Source of the DNA: an uncultured Acidimicrobiia bacterium
Lineage (GTDB): Bacteria; Actinomycetota; Acidimicrobiia; IMCC26256; PALSA-555
Reading direction: 5' to 3'
DNA length: 64,000 nucleotides
NCBI GenBank assembly: GCA_963720675.1
Contig: CAVRGH010000003.1
Span: 72,087-136,086 of the forward strand
Shown here piece after piece: positions 10,595-20,527 of the stretch. Below the pieces are notes generated by a model, which was not told the origin of the DNA, made no database searches, and worked only from the letters and a program-made list of their open reading frames with translations. A program made the position numbers and the translations under genes. The number at the start of each line of letters is the position of its first letter. Within the stretch, counting starts at the first letter, position 1.

Positions 10595-13484
10595 ATGGTC
10601 GAGCGGATTGCGGTCGCCTTCCTGGCCGCGGCAGTGCTCACGCTGGGCGCGGGTGCCTGGCTGCGGGCCCAGTCGCGGCGCCGGGGCTGGCTGCGGCAGG
10701 CGGGTGGCGTCTGCCTCGTCATCGCGGCGCCGGTCGGCATCGTGCGTCGCCCCGACCCTCACCACGCGCTCCGCCGTCCTCGGGTTGGTCGCGATCGGCC
10801 TCGCGGTCGTCGGGGTCGTGCAGACCCAGCACGTGCTCCCGCGATGGGTGGTACCGGCCGCGATCATCGCCGCGTCGGTCGCGGGCACCGCGACGGGGCT
10901 GCGGTTCCACCTCATCGGCGTCCCGGCCGTCGACGCGGCCTGGACGGTCGCGTGGCTCGCCGGGGTGACGCTCGCGGTCGCCGGGTTGGGCAACGCCGAC
11001 GGCCTCACCGCGGGGGTCGTGAGCGCTGCCGGCGTCGGGGTCATGGCCCTGGCCGGCTTCGCGGACCAGGGTGGCGCCGCGACCGCGGCCGCGGCGCTGG
11101 TCGGTGCCGCGCTCGCGTTCCTCGCCTACAACCTGCGGCCGGCGTCGCTCTACATCGGTCGTGCCGGCGGGCTCTTCGCAGGGTTCTCGCTGGCCGCCGG
11201 CGCGCTCTGGTTGGAGCCCGCGATCGCGCAACCCGACGCGCTCGTCGTCCCCCTCTTCATCGTCGGTGTCGCGCTGCTCGACGGCATGGTCGTGGTCGCG
11301 AGTCGCCTCCGGCACCGGCGAAGCCTCGCGACCCGCTACCGCGACCACCTCGCGCATCGGCTCGTCGCCGTCGGGCTCCGCCCGTCCCAGGCGATCTCGG
11401 TGCTGATCGCGATCCAGGTGGTCATGACGGCGCTCGCCGTGTTCGTCGGCCGCGGTGTGCTCTCGCTCCCGATCGGCGCAGGAGCGGGCGTCGTGGTGCT
11501 CGGTGTGCTCTGGATCATCTCGATGCGGGCGACGGTCTCGTCGGAGGACGCGCCGGGCTTCAGCGCCAAGGTCTGGCTCACGGCGTTCGCCGTCCTCCTG
11601 CTGCTCGGGGCCGCGAGTGCCGGCGCCGGGTACCTCGCCTACCAGTCGCGCGACGACGTCACCGCCGGACGCGACTTCGCCCGCTCGGCGTTGCGCGCGG
11701 CCCGCAAGGGTGAGCCGAAGCGGGCGGCCGCGCTCTTCGCGAAGGCCGAGGACGCGTTCCGGAGCGCGCAGGACAAGGTCGACAGCCCGCTCGCGACGCC
11801 GGGCCTCCTCGTCCCGGTGGTCGGGGCGAACCTCAACGCGGCGCGGGAGCTCTCCGACATCGGGGCCGAGCTCGCCCGCGCCGGCCAGGCGCTGACCGCG
11901 TCGGTCGACCCGGACTCGCTCCGGATCGTCGACGGGCGCGTGCCGCTCGAGGCGGTCGCGGCCGTCGAGCCCAAGCTCACGGAGGCGGCGGACCTCCTCG
12001 TGGACAGCAAGGCCCGCCTGGACGAGCTGAACCGGACCTTCCTGGTCGACCAGATCGACGAGGCGATCGGGAAGCTCGAGCCCGAGCTCGCCAAGACCAC
12101 CGAGGACGCGGTGCACGGTGCGGCCGCGGCGCGCCTCGCGCCGAAGATCCTGGGCGGCGACGGCCCGCGGCACTACTTCCTCGCCGTGCAGAACCCGGCC
12201 GAGCTCCGGGGCACCGGTGGCCTGATCGGGAACTGGGCGATCCTCACCGCGGAGAACGGCAAGGTCACCGTCGGGGACGTCACGAAGCTGGGTGCCCTCA
12301 ACTACAAGGAGGGCGATCCCGACGCGGGTCCTGCACGCACCCGCCGACTACAAGCGGCGCTACGCGCGCTACCACCCCGAGACCGAGTGGCACACGGTGA
12401 ACATCTCGCCCGACTTCCCCACGGTCGGCAAGGTGGTCGGCGACCTCTTCCCGCAATCCGGCGGCATGCCGGTCGACGGGGTCATCGCGGTCGACCCGGT
12501 CGGGCTCTCGGCCCTGCTGGACCTCACCGGACCCGATCGAGCTCGCGTCGTGGCCCGACAAGATCACGTCGAAGAACGTCGTCGACGTCACCCTGCGCGA
12601 CGCGTACACCGTGTTCCAGGAGGACAGCCGCGAGCGCAAGGACTTCCTCGGGGATGTCGCGCACGCCGTCGTCGACAAGGCGACGTCGGGCGACCTCGGC
12701 CGTCCCGCGACGGTCGGGAAGGTGCTCGGCCAGGCTGCGCACGAAGGCCACTTCTCGCTGTTCTTCGCGCGACCCGGCGAAGAAGGCGTGGTGCGGGAGC
12801 TCAACGTGTCGGGCGGCGTGCCCCCGGCCGCCCACGACTCGCTCCTCGCCCTCGAGGTGAACGGCGCGGGGAACAAGCTCGACTACTACCTCGACCGCAG
12901 CATCGACTACTCCGTCGAGGTCGCGCCCGACGCGGACCTCCAGGCCGCCACGGTGAAGGGCACCGTGCAGGTGAACCTCACCAACACCGCGCCGCCGAGC
13001 GGCTTGCCGAACACCGTCGGTGGTCCGGCCGAGGGCACCGGCGACCGGTTCGTCGCCGGTCAGAACCGAGCGCTCGTCTCGGTGTACACGCCGCTCGAGG
13101 GGAGCACGGCGCAGGTCGACGGGCAGCCGGTCGGCGTGGAGCGCGACGTCGAGCTCGGTCGCCGGGTGTACTCGGCTGCGGTCGACGTGTTCGCCCAGCA
13201 GGCGCGCGTCGTTCAGCGTCGACGTCGCCGGTCGCGTCTCGCTCGTGCCCGACGGTTGGTACGAGCTCGAGCTGGTGAAGCAGCCGACGCTCGAGTCCGA
13301 GCCCGTGCACGTGAAGGTCTCGGTACCCGAGGGCTTCGAGGCCGTGGCGGCGACAGGGGGCCTCAAGCTGGTCGACGGAGGCGCCGAGGGCACGGTCACC
13401 CTGGACCGCACCCGCACCGTCCGGGTGCAGCTGGCCCGCACGGGGAGCCGGAGCCTCTGGGACCGGCTCGTCGACGGGCCCTGA
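10595..13484 (+). pseudogene. WecA/MraY-like polytopic membrane domain fused to DUF4012, at least four frame breaks
   Basis: N-terminus MVERIAVAFLAAAVLTLGAGAWL is in frame 2. The membrane domain is in frame 0 (shift ~10745), with GLGNADGLTAG and FLAYNLRPASLYIGRAGGLFAGF. DUF4012 motifs follow: LLVPVVGANL...GPRHYFLAVQNPAELRGTGGLIGNW. Further shifts occur near 12320, 12535 and 13205. The gene ends LVDGP, with TGA at 13482-13484. Confidence 0.65.
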
Positions 13485-13674
13485 GGCTCCAGAACTCCCG
13501 GATTCGTGCCGATATCGGGTGGGCCTGAAGGCCCGGGGACCGTGCTGGACGGGTCTGTTGCCGATGTGTGAATATGCGTCCCCGGAAGGCAAGAAAACAT
13601 GGGCTTCGGACCGCCTTCCGATTACAGTCTCCTGAAGAGCATTTCCTGCACCACCAGACGCTGAGGGGTATCCA

Positions 13675-14184
13675 GTGCGCAAGCTGACGACCACGGTCCT
13701 GTTCGCTCTCATCCTTGGGACCTGCGCCGCGGTGTTCGCGGCTCCTGCCGGTGCGCAGGAGGGTGGCCCCGGCCCGGGGAGTGTCATCTCCGGTTGCGCC
13801 ATCACGGTGAATCCCTCGCCGCTGCCCGGCATCACCGTGACGGTGGACGGCACCGGCTTCGACCTCACCGAGGTGCTGCCGATCGCCGTGAACGGCACGG
13901 TCGTGCAGGAAGTCACGACCGACGCCGCCGGCACGTTCACCGCCCAGGTCGACATCCCCGCTGACGCGTCGAAGCCCGTCACCATCACGGTGCCCTGCAG
14001 CCCCGGTTCGACCGAGGTCGCGAGTGCGACCGGTGCCGCCGACCCTGCTGCTGCGCTGGCGTTCACGGGTTCCGACACCTCGCCGATGGTCATCGGTGCG
14101 CTCTTCGCCATCGGTGTCGGTGCGATCCTCGTCGTCGGTGCTCGTCGTCGGAGCAGCGCCCAGGCGCACCGCAGCAACGCGTAG
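13675..14184 (+). CDS. Secreted cell-wall-anchored protein with LAFTG sorting signal (sortase-E type LAxTG)
   Basis: GTG 13675 sits 6 nt after GAGGGG. The signal peptide is MRKLTTTVLFALILGTCAAVFAAPAGA. The C-terminus carries LAFTG, a hydrophobic span and an RRRS tail. Confidence 0.75.
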   Translation: MRKLTTTVLFALILGTCAAVFAAPAGAQEGGPGPGSVISGCAITVNPSPLPGITVTVDGTGFDLTEVLPIAVNGTVVQEVTTDAAGTFTAQVDIPADASKPVTITVPCSPGSTEVASATGAADPAAALAFTGSDTSPMVIGALFAIGVGAILVVGARRRSSAQAHRSNA

Positions 14185-14228
14185 CACCACTGAAGTTCCG
14201 AGCTTGACCGCTTCGCGGTCGCGCCGCA

Positions 14229-14772
14229 GTGGCTGACGTCCTCGTCGTCTGCCACGCGAACCAGTGCCGCTCGCCCCTGGGTGAAGCACTGCTTCGGGCG
14301 CACCTCGAGCGCTCAGGCGTGCATGCCATCGTGTCGTCGGCCGGCTTCCTCGAAGGGGGCCGGCCGGCTGCGTCCGGCTCCGTGCCGCGCCGCGAAGCGA
14401 CGCGGCCTCGACCTCCGCGACCACCGGAGCCGCCAGGTCACGCCCGATCTCGTCCTCGAGGCCGGCCTCGTCCTCGTGATGGAGACGCGTCAGGTGCGCG
14501 AGATCGCGGTGCTCGCACCCGGGGCACTCGAGCGGACCTTCACGGTCAAGGACGTCGTGGCACGTGGGACGCGGCTCGGGCGCCGCCGTCCCGACGAGTC
14601 GGTCGAGGAGTGGATCGCCCGACTCCACGCCGACCGGCAGCACGCCGACCTCCTGCGCGACGACCCGGCCGACGACGTTGCGGACCCCATGGGCGGCACC
14701 GCGGCCGACTACGAGCGCACGGCCGACGAGCTCGACGTCCTGCTCGGCCGTCTGGTGGGCCTCGTCGACTGA
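14229..14772 (+). pseudogene. Low-molecular-weight protein-tyrosine phosphatase, one frame break
   Basis: VADVLVVCHANQCRSPLGEALL carries the CX5R(S) P-loop in frame 0. It continues as AAKRRGLDLRDHRSRQVTPDLVLEAGLVLVME...DVADPMGG in frame 1 (shift ~14380). Confidence 0.7.
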
Positions 14773-14789
14773 CGCGTCGCCACGCGTGG

Positions 14790-15634
14790 TCAGTCCTGCG
14801 ACGCCCTTGAAGCGTCGACGCCGTTCGAGACGGTCGGCCGCGAGGGTCGGTGGCGGTCCGTGCAGCAGCAGGTGGACCCGGCGCTTCAGGCGGATGAGGG
14901 CGGTGGACCGCGGGATCGGACCGGCGCAGGCCAGCAGCGCGGCCTCCGGGTCGGGGGAGGCGCGGATCTGCCCGAGCCACGCCTCCTGCTCGTGATGGGG
15001 CCGGGTCCGGTAGACGCCCTCCCGCGAGGCGCTCGGGATCTTGACGCTCGTGAGGTGGTGCACCCACGCCGGAGGGCCCGTGCGGTCGTGGATCGCGGCC
15101 CAGAGCGCGGTGTCGGGCATCACCTCTCCCGTCGCTTCCGGCCGGCGCCACCCACCCGCGGCCAGGGCGACGTCGCGTCGATGGGCCAGCGACGTCGGCG
15201 GGATCCCCAGGCCCGGCTCGTACTGCCAGGTCGGGCCGGGGATCACGTAGGGCTCGCCACCCGGCGGCACGAAGAGCACGTCGCCGTGGGCCCACGCTGC
15301 GCCCGCGTCGACGGCACCGGCGACGAGCTCGAGGTGTTGCGGCAGCCACAGGTCGTCGTGGCCGAGGTAGGCGACGACCTCGCCGCGCGCCGACCTCGAG
15401 CGCGGCCTGGTTCGGCCCGGACTGGTGGCGGGCGCGCTCGGGCAGGTTGATCCAACGCACTCGCGGGTCGGGGACGGCGCCGACGACTGCCTCGGACTCG
15501 TCGGTGCAGGCGTCACCGACGACGAGGAGCTCGAAGTCCTCGCGGGTCTGGTCGAGCACGCTGCCGATGGCGTGGGGGAGGACCGGCGCCCAGTTGTAGG
15601 TCGCGAGCACGACGGTGACGCCGGGAGCGCTCAC
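14790..15634 (-). pseudogene. Glycosyltransferase family 2, at least one frame break; 3' end uncertain
   Basis: GTG 15634. MSAPGVTVVLATYNWAPVLPHAIGSVLDQTREDFELLVVGDACTDES...GPNQAALEVGA continues as GEVVAYLGHDDLWLPQHLE in another frame (shift ~15390). The in-frame reading never reaches a stop before running antisense into the PTP gene. A TGA at 14790-14792 in the third frame is the likely true end. Confidence 0.6.
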
Positions 15635-16140
15635 CAGCGGAACGGCACGATCTCCTCAGCACGGGGTGAGTCGTAGGGGAGGTCGAGCGCATCGGGCTGC
15701 TCATGGCGGTACTCGTTCGACGGCATGTTGATGATGAACGCCTCGTCGACCCCGATGTTCTTCCACCCGTGGTACAGGTTCGGCGGGATCACCAGCAGCC
15801 CCGGGTTCCGCTCGCTCACCCGGAACTCGTTCAGGGCGCCGGCGGTCGGGGAGTCGATCCGGCCGTCGAAGACGACGATCGACACGAGACCGCTGACGAC
15901 GAAGAGCCGGTCGGTCGACGCCTGGTGCAGCCCCCAGGCGCGCACCCGGCCCGGGTATGTCGTCGTGAGGTGGACCTGGACGACCTCGGTCTCGATCTCG
16001 GGCCAGCTGGCGCGGGCGATCTCGGCGAGGGTGCCGTCCTCGTGGGGGACGGGTCGATTCGGGCGGAAGCGCACGCCGTCGATCGGCAGGTGGCGGAGTG
16101 CACCGCTCGCGTCGACCGCCGAGTGCTTGGGCGCGAGCAC
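15631..16140 (-). CDS. dTDP-4-dehydrorhamnose 3,5-epimerase-like cupin (RmlC family)
   Basis: The ORF is intact at 169 aa. It reads ...GTLAEIARAS...VQVHLTTTYPGRVRAWGLHQASTDRLFVVSG...LVIPPNLYHGWKNIG. The stop overlaps the GT2 start. Confidence 0.7.
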   Translation of the reverse strand: MLAPKHSAVDASGALRHLPIDGVRFRPNRPVPHEDGTLAEIARASWPEIETEVVQVHLTTTYPGRVRAWGLHQASTDRLFVVSGLVSIVVFDGRIDSPTAGALNEFRVSERNPGLLVIPPNLYHGWKNIGVDEAFIINMPSNEYRHEQPDALDLPYDSPRAEEIVPFRW

Positions 16141-16169
16141 CTCACGCCCGACGATGCGCGGCTCGTCGG

Positions 16170-16955
16170 TCAGCCGTCGGCCTTTGCTTCCTTGGCTTCA
16201 CCCTCGTCGGCCGGCTTCTCGCTCGGCGGTGGCGTGGAGAGGCCGAGCTCGCTGCGGAGCTCGCTGAGCCGGGCTTGGGCCTCGGCGCTGGCCTGGGCCT
16301 GCTCGACCTCGAGCATCTTGGTGTCGACCGTCGCGCCGGTGAGGTCGCTCGTGGCCTGCGCCTTGGAGAGGCGCTTCTCGATCTTGTCGCGCACCTGCTC
16401 GAAGGTGGGGATGTCGTCGCCGACCGTCTCGCTGAGCTGGGTCATCGCCTTGCTCATCTGCTCCTGCATCTTCGCCTGATCGAGCTGGCTCAGGAGCTTC
16501 TCGCGCTCGGCGAGCTTCTTCTGCAGGGCCGAGGAGTTCTGGGCGACCATCTGCTTCGCCTTCTCGGACTGCTGCGTCGCGTCGAGCAGGGTCTTCTTCA
16601 GGTCGTCGATCTGCTTCTCGAGGTTGATCAGCTTGTTCGCGAAGGCCTCCGCCGCGGAGCTGAACGACGCGGCCTTGTCGGCGTTGCCGGCGCGGGTCTC
16701 CTGGTCGGTGAGCAGGAGGGCCTGACGGGCCGAGGCGTTCGCCTTCTCGTACTCGTCCATGGCCCGGTCGAGCTTGAGCTGGGTCTGCTTCTGGTTGGCG
16801 ATGACGTTCGCGGCCTGCTCGGTGAGCTTGCGGTGCTGCTCCCGGGCCTCGGTGATCGCCTGCTCCAGCTGGACCTTCGGGTCGGCCGACTCCTCGAGCT
16901 TCAGCCCGAGCTTCGCCCCGAGGTACTTCCACCAACGCTTGATCGCTTTCCACAT
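16170..16955 (-). CDS. pspA: PspA/IM30 family membrane-stress protein
   Basis: The ORF is intact at 261 aa and coiled-coil throughout: MWKAIKRWWKYLGAKLGLKLEESADPKVQLEQAITEAREQHRKLTEQAANVIANQK... Confidence 0.9.
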   Translation of the reverse strand: MWKAIKRWWKYLGAKLGLKLEESADPKVQLEQAITEAREQHRKLTEQAANVIANQKQTQLKLDRAMDEYEKANASARQALLLTDQETRAGNADKAASFSSAAEAFANKLINLEKQIDDLKKTLLDATQQSEKAKQMVAQNSSALQKKLAEREKLLSQLDQAKMQEQMSKAMTQLSETVGDDIPTFEQVRDKIEKRLSKAQATSDLTGATVDTKMLEVEQAQASAEAQARLSELRSELGLSTPPPSEKPADEGEAKEAKADG

Positions 16956-17068
16956 GGGCGAGAGCCTACGCCAGCGCCCATCGGGTCTCGCCTCAGGGGG
17001 CGAGCGGTGATATTCGGCAGCAGCGAAGAGGTAGTGGCCCTGGGAGCAGACGGTCGCCGCGCCCGAGG

Positions 17069-17581
17069 CTAGCCGCCCGCGGTAGCTGTCGATGGTGGCG
17101 TGGTGGGGCGGGCTGTTCGAGCCAGGCGTTCAAGGCCTTGACCGCCCCGAACCCGTCGGAGGCGCAGTTCGTGGCTCCGGGGAAGTCCTGGCAGAACAGG
17201 TTCTCGGACCATCCGGCCGGAGGCGTGATGTGGGTGAGCGGCGTCGCGGCAGGTCGCGTTCGCGAAGCGGTCGACCGAGCTCTGCGCGAGCGAGGTCGCC
17301 GCGTCGATCGTGTATGGGTTGTACGGGTGGATCTTCGTGTGGCACTGGGCAAGCGTGTCGCCACCGCTGCCGACGTCGCTGCAGCTCTGCACCTGCGGCG
17401 CGGGCGGAGGCGGCGGCGGCGGCGGGGCACACGCCGCGGCGAACACCGCGCCGACCACGGTCACGCTCCCGAGGAGCACGCCCAGTCGAAGAAGCGTTCG
17501 TGCGCCTCTGGGTCTTCTGCATCGCTGTGGTACCTCTGCTGCTCGTCGGGGTCGAGCGTGGGACGAACTCACCGTACCCAC
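17069..17581 (-). pseudogene. Cys-rich lipoprotein, function unknown, one or more frame breaks
   Basis: The signal peptide plus lipobox is LLGSVTVVGAVFAAAC, followed by PPPPPPPP. ...SSVDRFANATC then continues in another frame as THITPPAGWSENLFCQDFPGATNCASDGFGAVKALNAWLEQ (shift ~17260). The C-terminal end is ambiguous. Confidence 0.45.
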
Positions 17582-17701
17582 GGCTCTTGTGAATCACTGG
17601 AATCATCGGCAGATCCCGGTGTCGTCTTGAGAACCGACGGGGCCCAGGGCCGATTTCAGGACTTTGGTCCCGCTTGGGGAAACGCTGGGGTCCTGTTTGC
17701 C

Positions 17702-18512
17702 TCAGCCGGCAGCGCCGGCGGCCGAGGCCGTGCCCTCGACGCCGGGCCCGGTCGCCCCGGCCGCGTCCGTCGTCTTCCCGGCTTCGTCGAGGGAGACCCG
17801 GAGGGTCTCGAGGTCGCTCACGAGGGACTCGATGTCCCCGCCGAGCCCGCCCAGCTCCCCGACGTCCTCGGCCCGGATGGAGAGCTCGACGGCCCGGGCC
17901 ACCGCCTCGTCGAGGCGGGCGTCGAGCAGGCGCAGCTTGTCCTGAGCCTCCGACGCGACGTTGATGAGCCGGTCGGCCGAGTCGGCCTGCGACTGGAGGG
18001 CCGCGACGGTGGCCTTGGCGTTTTCGCTGGGGTTGAGCTTCGCCGCCTGCTTCGCCGCGTCGAGCTCGCGCCGTCGCGCCGGCCGGGTCGAGGTTGCCGA
18101 TCGCGTCGACGAGCGCGTCACCTCGGCGGGCGACGCGCCAGCACTCCTGCACGCCTTCGTCGATGCGGTCGCCGATCTCGACGAGCCGGTCCTGGAGCGG
18201 TCCCGGGTTCGCGGTGCTCACCGCCTTGCGGTACCGCCGCTGCGCGTCGAGCGCCTCCCGCACGAACCTGCGCCACGGGTCGCCGATGCTCATCGGGTCG
18301 ACGCCGCCCTCGCGCTTCCGGCGTGGCATCAGCGTCGCCACCCGGGCGAGCCAGGCGAGCGACCCGACACCGATCACCGCGAGGGCGGGGAGCCCGAGGA
18401 CGACCGCGGCCGCTGCGCCGACGCCGCAGAGCACGATCGCCGACGGCGCCATGAGGGCGTCGGCGGTCTTCTGGGTCTTCCACTGCTCGGGGAGCTTGTC
18501 GACGACACCCAT
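17702..18512 (-). pseudogene. Membrane-anchored coiled-coil protein (PspA neighbour; TelA-like by eye), one frame break
   Basis: MGVVDKLPEQWKTQKTADALMAPSAIVLCGVGAAAAVVLGLPALAVIGVGSLAWL (two TM spans) ...DALVDAIGNLDP is followed, in another frame, by RRELDAAKQAAKLNPSENAKATVAALQSQADSADRLI... (shift ~18085). Confidence 0.6.
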
Positions 18513-18605
18513 GATCAGGACATCCTGCCCGATCTCGGGCTGCTCGGTCAGGCCGCAACTCCGGGCGCCCGTTCGGGGCGCCGTTCGGCGCTCGGTCTCG
18601 CCTGC

Positions 18606-20430
18606 TCAGAAGTTGCTGATCACGGCGTTGAAGACGTTGACGATCGTGGACGGATCGACCGCGCTGTACGCGGCGCCGTTGGTGGCCTCGGCGATGCGCT
18701 TGAGGGTCGCCTGATCGGCGTCGTTGCCGTACGCGATCGTGAAGATGCGCACCGCCGTGGTGGACTCCCCTTCGTTCTGGCCGCGGAGGAAGTCGAGCAG
18801 GTCCGCGAGGCTCTCGTTGCGGGGGTCCTCGTTGCGGCCGTCGGTGAGGAGCACGACGGCATTGATGCGCGTCGGGTCGTACTCGTCGACGAGCTTCGTG
18901 TACGAGTCCTCCGCGGCCGTGTAGAGCGGGGTGCCCTGGGTCGGCACCAGCCGCTCGATCTGGCTCTCGAGGTCCGCCCGGTTCGCCGACATCGGGCCGA
19001 CCGGCACGACGTCGCGGTAGTCGGTCGGCTCGGACTTGCTGATGTCGGTCGAGAAGATCCGCAGCCCGACTTCGTCCTCGGGCTGGAACTGCCCGAGCGC
19101 AGCGATCGCCGCCTTCTTCGCCAGGTCGAGCTTGGTCGCTCCCGACCCGGAGTCGGCCTCGTCGCCCATGGAGCCCGAGACGTCGATGACGAGCAGGGCC
19201 CTGGCCTTCTTGCGGACCTGGTTCCACTCGTCGATCACGCCGGCGAGCACCGGCGGCTTCGGCACCTCGAGCGTCGTCTGCGGCTCGTTCGGGTCGACGC
19301 CGTTCGCGGCGACGATCGGCTTGCCGATGGCGACCGCGGCGTTGCCGGGGCGGAACCCGTACTCGAGGACCTGCCGTTGCGCCTTGGGCTCGGTGACGAA
19401 CTTGGTGAACTTGCGGGCCGCCGCGGCTTCGTCCTTCGACACCCAGGGTGCGTCGAGCGTGATCAGCGGGTTGTCGGAGAAGAGCGTGCCCTCCTTCGGG
19501 TAGATCGCCACGAGGGGGACGCGCGGCTTGCGGGGCTGCTCACCCGGGTCGAGGATCCCGTCGGGGTTCCCCCGGTTGTAGTCGAGCAACGACTTCTCCT
19601 CGACGGCCACTGCCGAGGCGTAGCCGTAGGGGTTGCCACGCCGGTCGGCCCGGTAGAGGTTGTTCAGGAACGTGAGCGTGGTGTCGCCGTAGTGCACGAC
19701 CGCGGACTCGACCCCGCGGGCGAAGGCCTCGACCTCGGGCCGCGCGAGATCCTCGAGCGTGAGGTCGCTGGTCTTGCCCGTCGCCGCGTAGTACTGCGCG
19801 ACGGTCTGGGCGAGACCGCTCGTGGAGAAGTTGGGGTTGGTCTTGCCGAGGAGGAACGGGCCCCACTCGGGGTGTCCCTTGCCGGCCCAGCCCGACGGGT
19901 CCTGGGCGAGCGCCAGGATGTCGGAGAACCCGATCGGGGTCGCGGGGTAGCCGAGGGCGTCGGCCATGGGCTTCGGCATCGCGATCACGAGCGGTGTGAG
20001 CATGAACGACGTGCCGGGGGTCGTGACGTACGGCGTCTTGCCGGCGTCGGCGCGGCGCTGGTCGAGCACCGCGCCCCACGTGCTCGCCGACGGCGACCAG
20101 ATCACCGGTCGCACGCCGTTCTTCGCGGGCTTCGGCCAGTTGGCCGCGAGCAGGGTGGCCGCCGCACCCGACGACTGCTTCTGGATGTCGACGTTGATGC
20201 ACCTGCCGTTGACCGTCGCCTCGTCGGAGCGCTCGAAGCGCTTGGCGAGGCGCGGTGAGCAGCTCGAGCTTCTCGGGGGACGACGCGACGTTCACGGTCA
20301 CGCAACCGCCCGCCGCACCCGCCGGGCCGGAGCCCGCGGTCACGAACGCGCCCGCGAGCAGGCTCACCGCCAGCATCGTCGTGATCGTCCTGGCGAACCT
20401 GCTGCCCCGACTCATTCCGTCCCGCCTCAT
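18606..20430 (-). pseudogene. Secreted solute-binding-like domain fused to a von Willebrand factor A (vWA) domain, one frame break
   Basis: The signal peptide MRRDGMSRGSRFARTITTMLAVSLLAGA...CVTVNVASSPEKLELLT continues in another frame as ALAKRFERSDEATVNGRCINVDIQ... (extra C near 20258). The vWA MIDAS motif is LLVIDVSGSMGD, followed by TPLYTAA and VVLLTDGRNED. Confidence 0.75.
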
Positions 20431-20486
20431 TCCATCATTCCCGCTCTCGGCGCCGACGGCGCCGGGCCGCTCGGGCCACGCCTCGG

Positions 20487-20509
20487 GCGCCGCACGATAC
20501 GTGCGGCGC
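20487..20509 (-). terminator. 10-bp GC hairpin between two cistrons of the PspA-linked cluster
   Basis: The hairpin is GCGCCGCACG-ATA-CGTGCGGCGC. It lies 19 nt downstream of the stop at 20528 and 57 nt upstream of the next start at 20430. There is no U-tract. Confidence 0.35.
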
Positions 20510-20527
20510 TGCTCCTCGGCTCAGGCC

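Noticed and set aside
10608-10750. N-terminal 45 residues of the 750-aa ORF (MRSPSWPRQCSRWARVPGCGPSRGAGAG...)
   Set aside because: The composition is non-protein-like. The hydrophobic N-terminus MVERIAVAFLAAAVLTLGAGAWL in the neighbouring frame (ATG 10595) is the plausible start, joined by a frame break near 10745.
13564-13635. 23-codon ORF (MCEYASPEGKKTWASDRLPITVS) in the low-GC spacer
   Set aside because: It has no RBS. Its third-position composition is not GC-biased, unlike every convincing gene here. It is too short to support.
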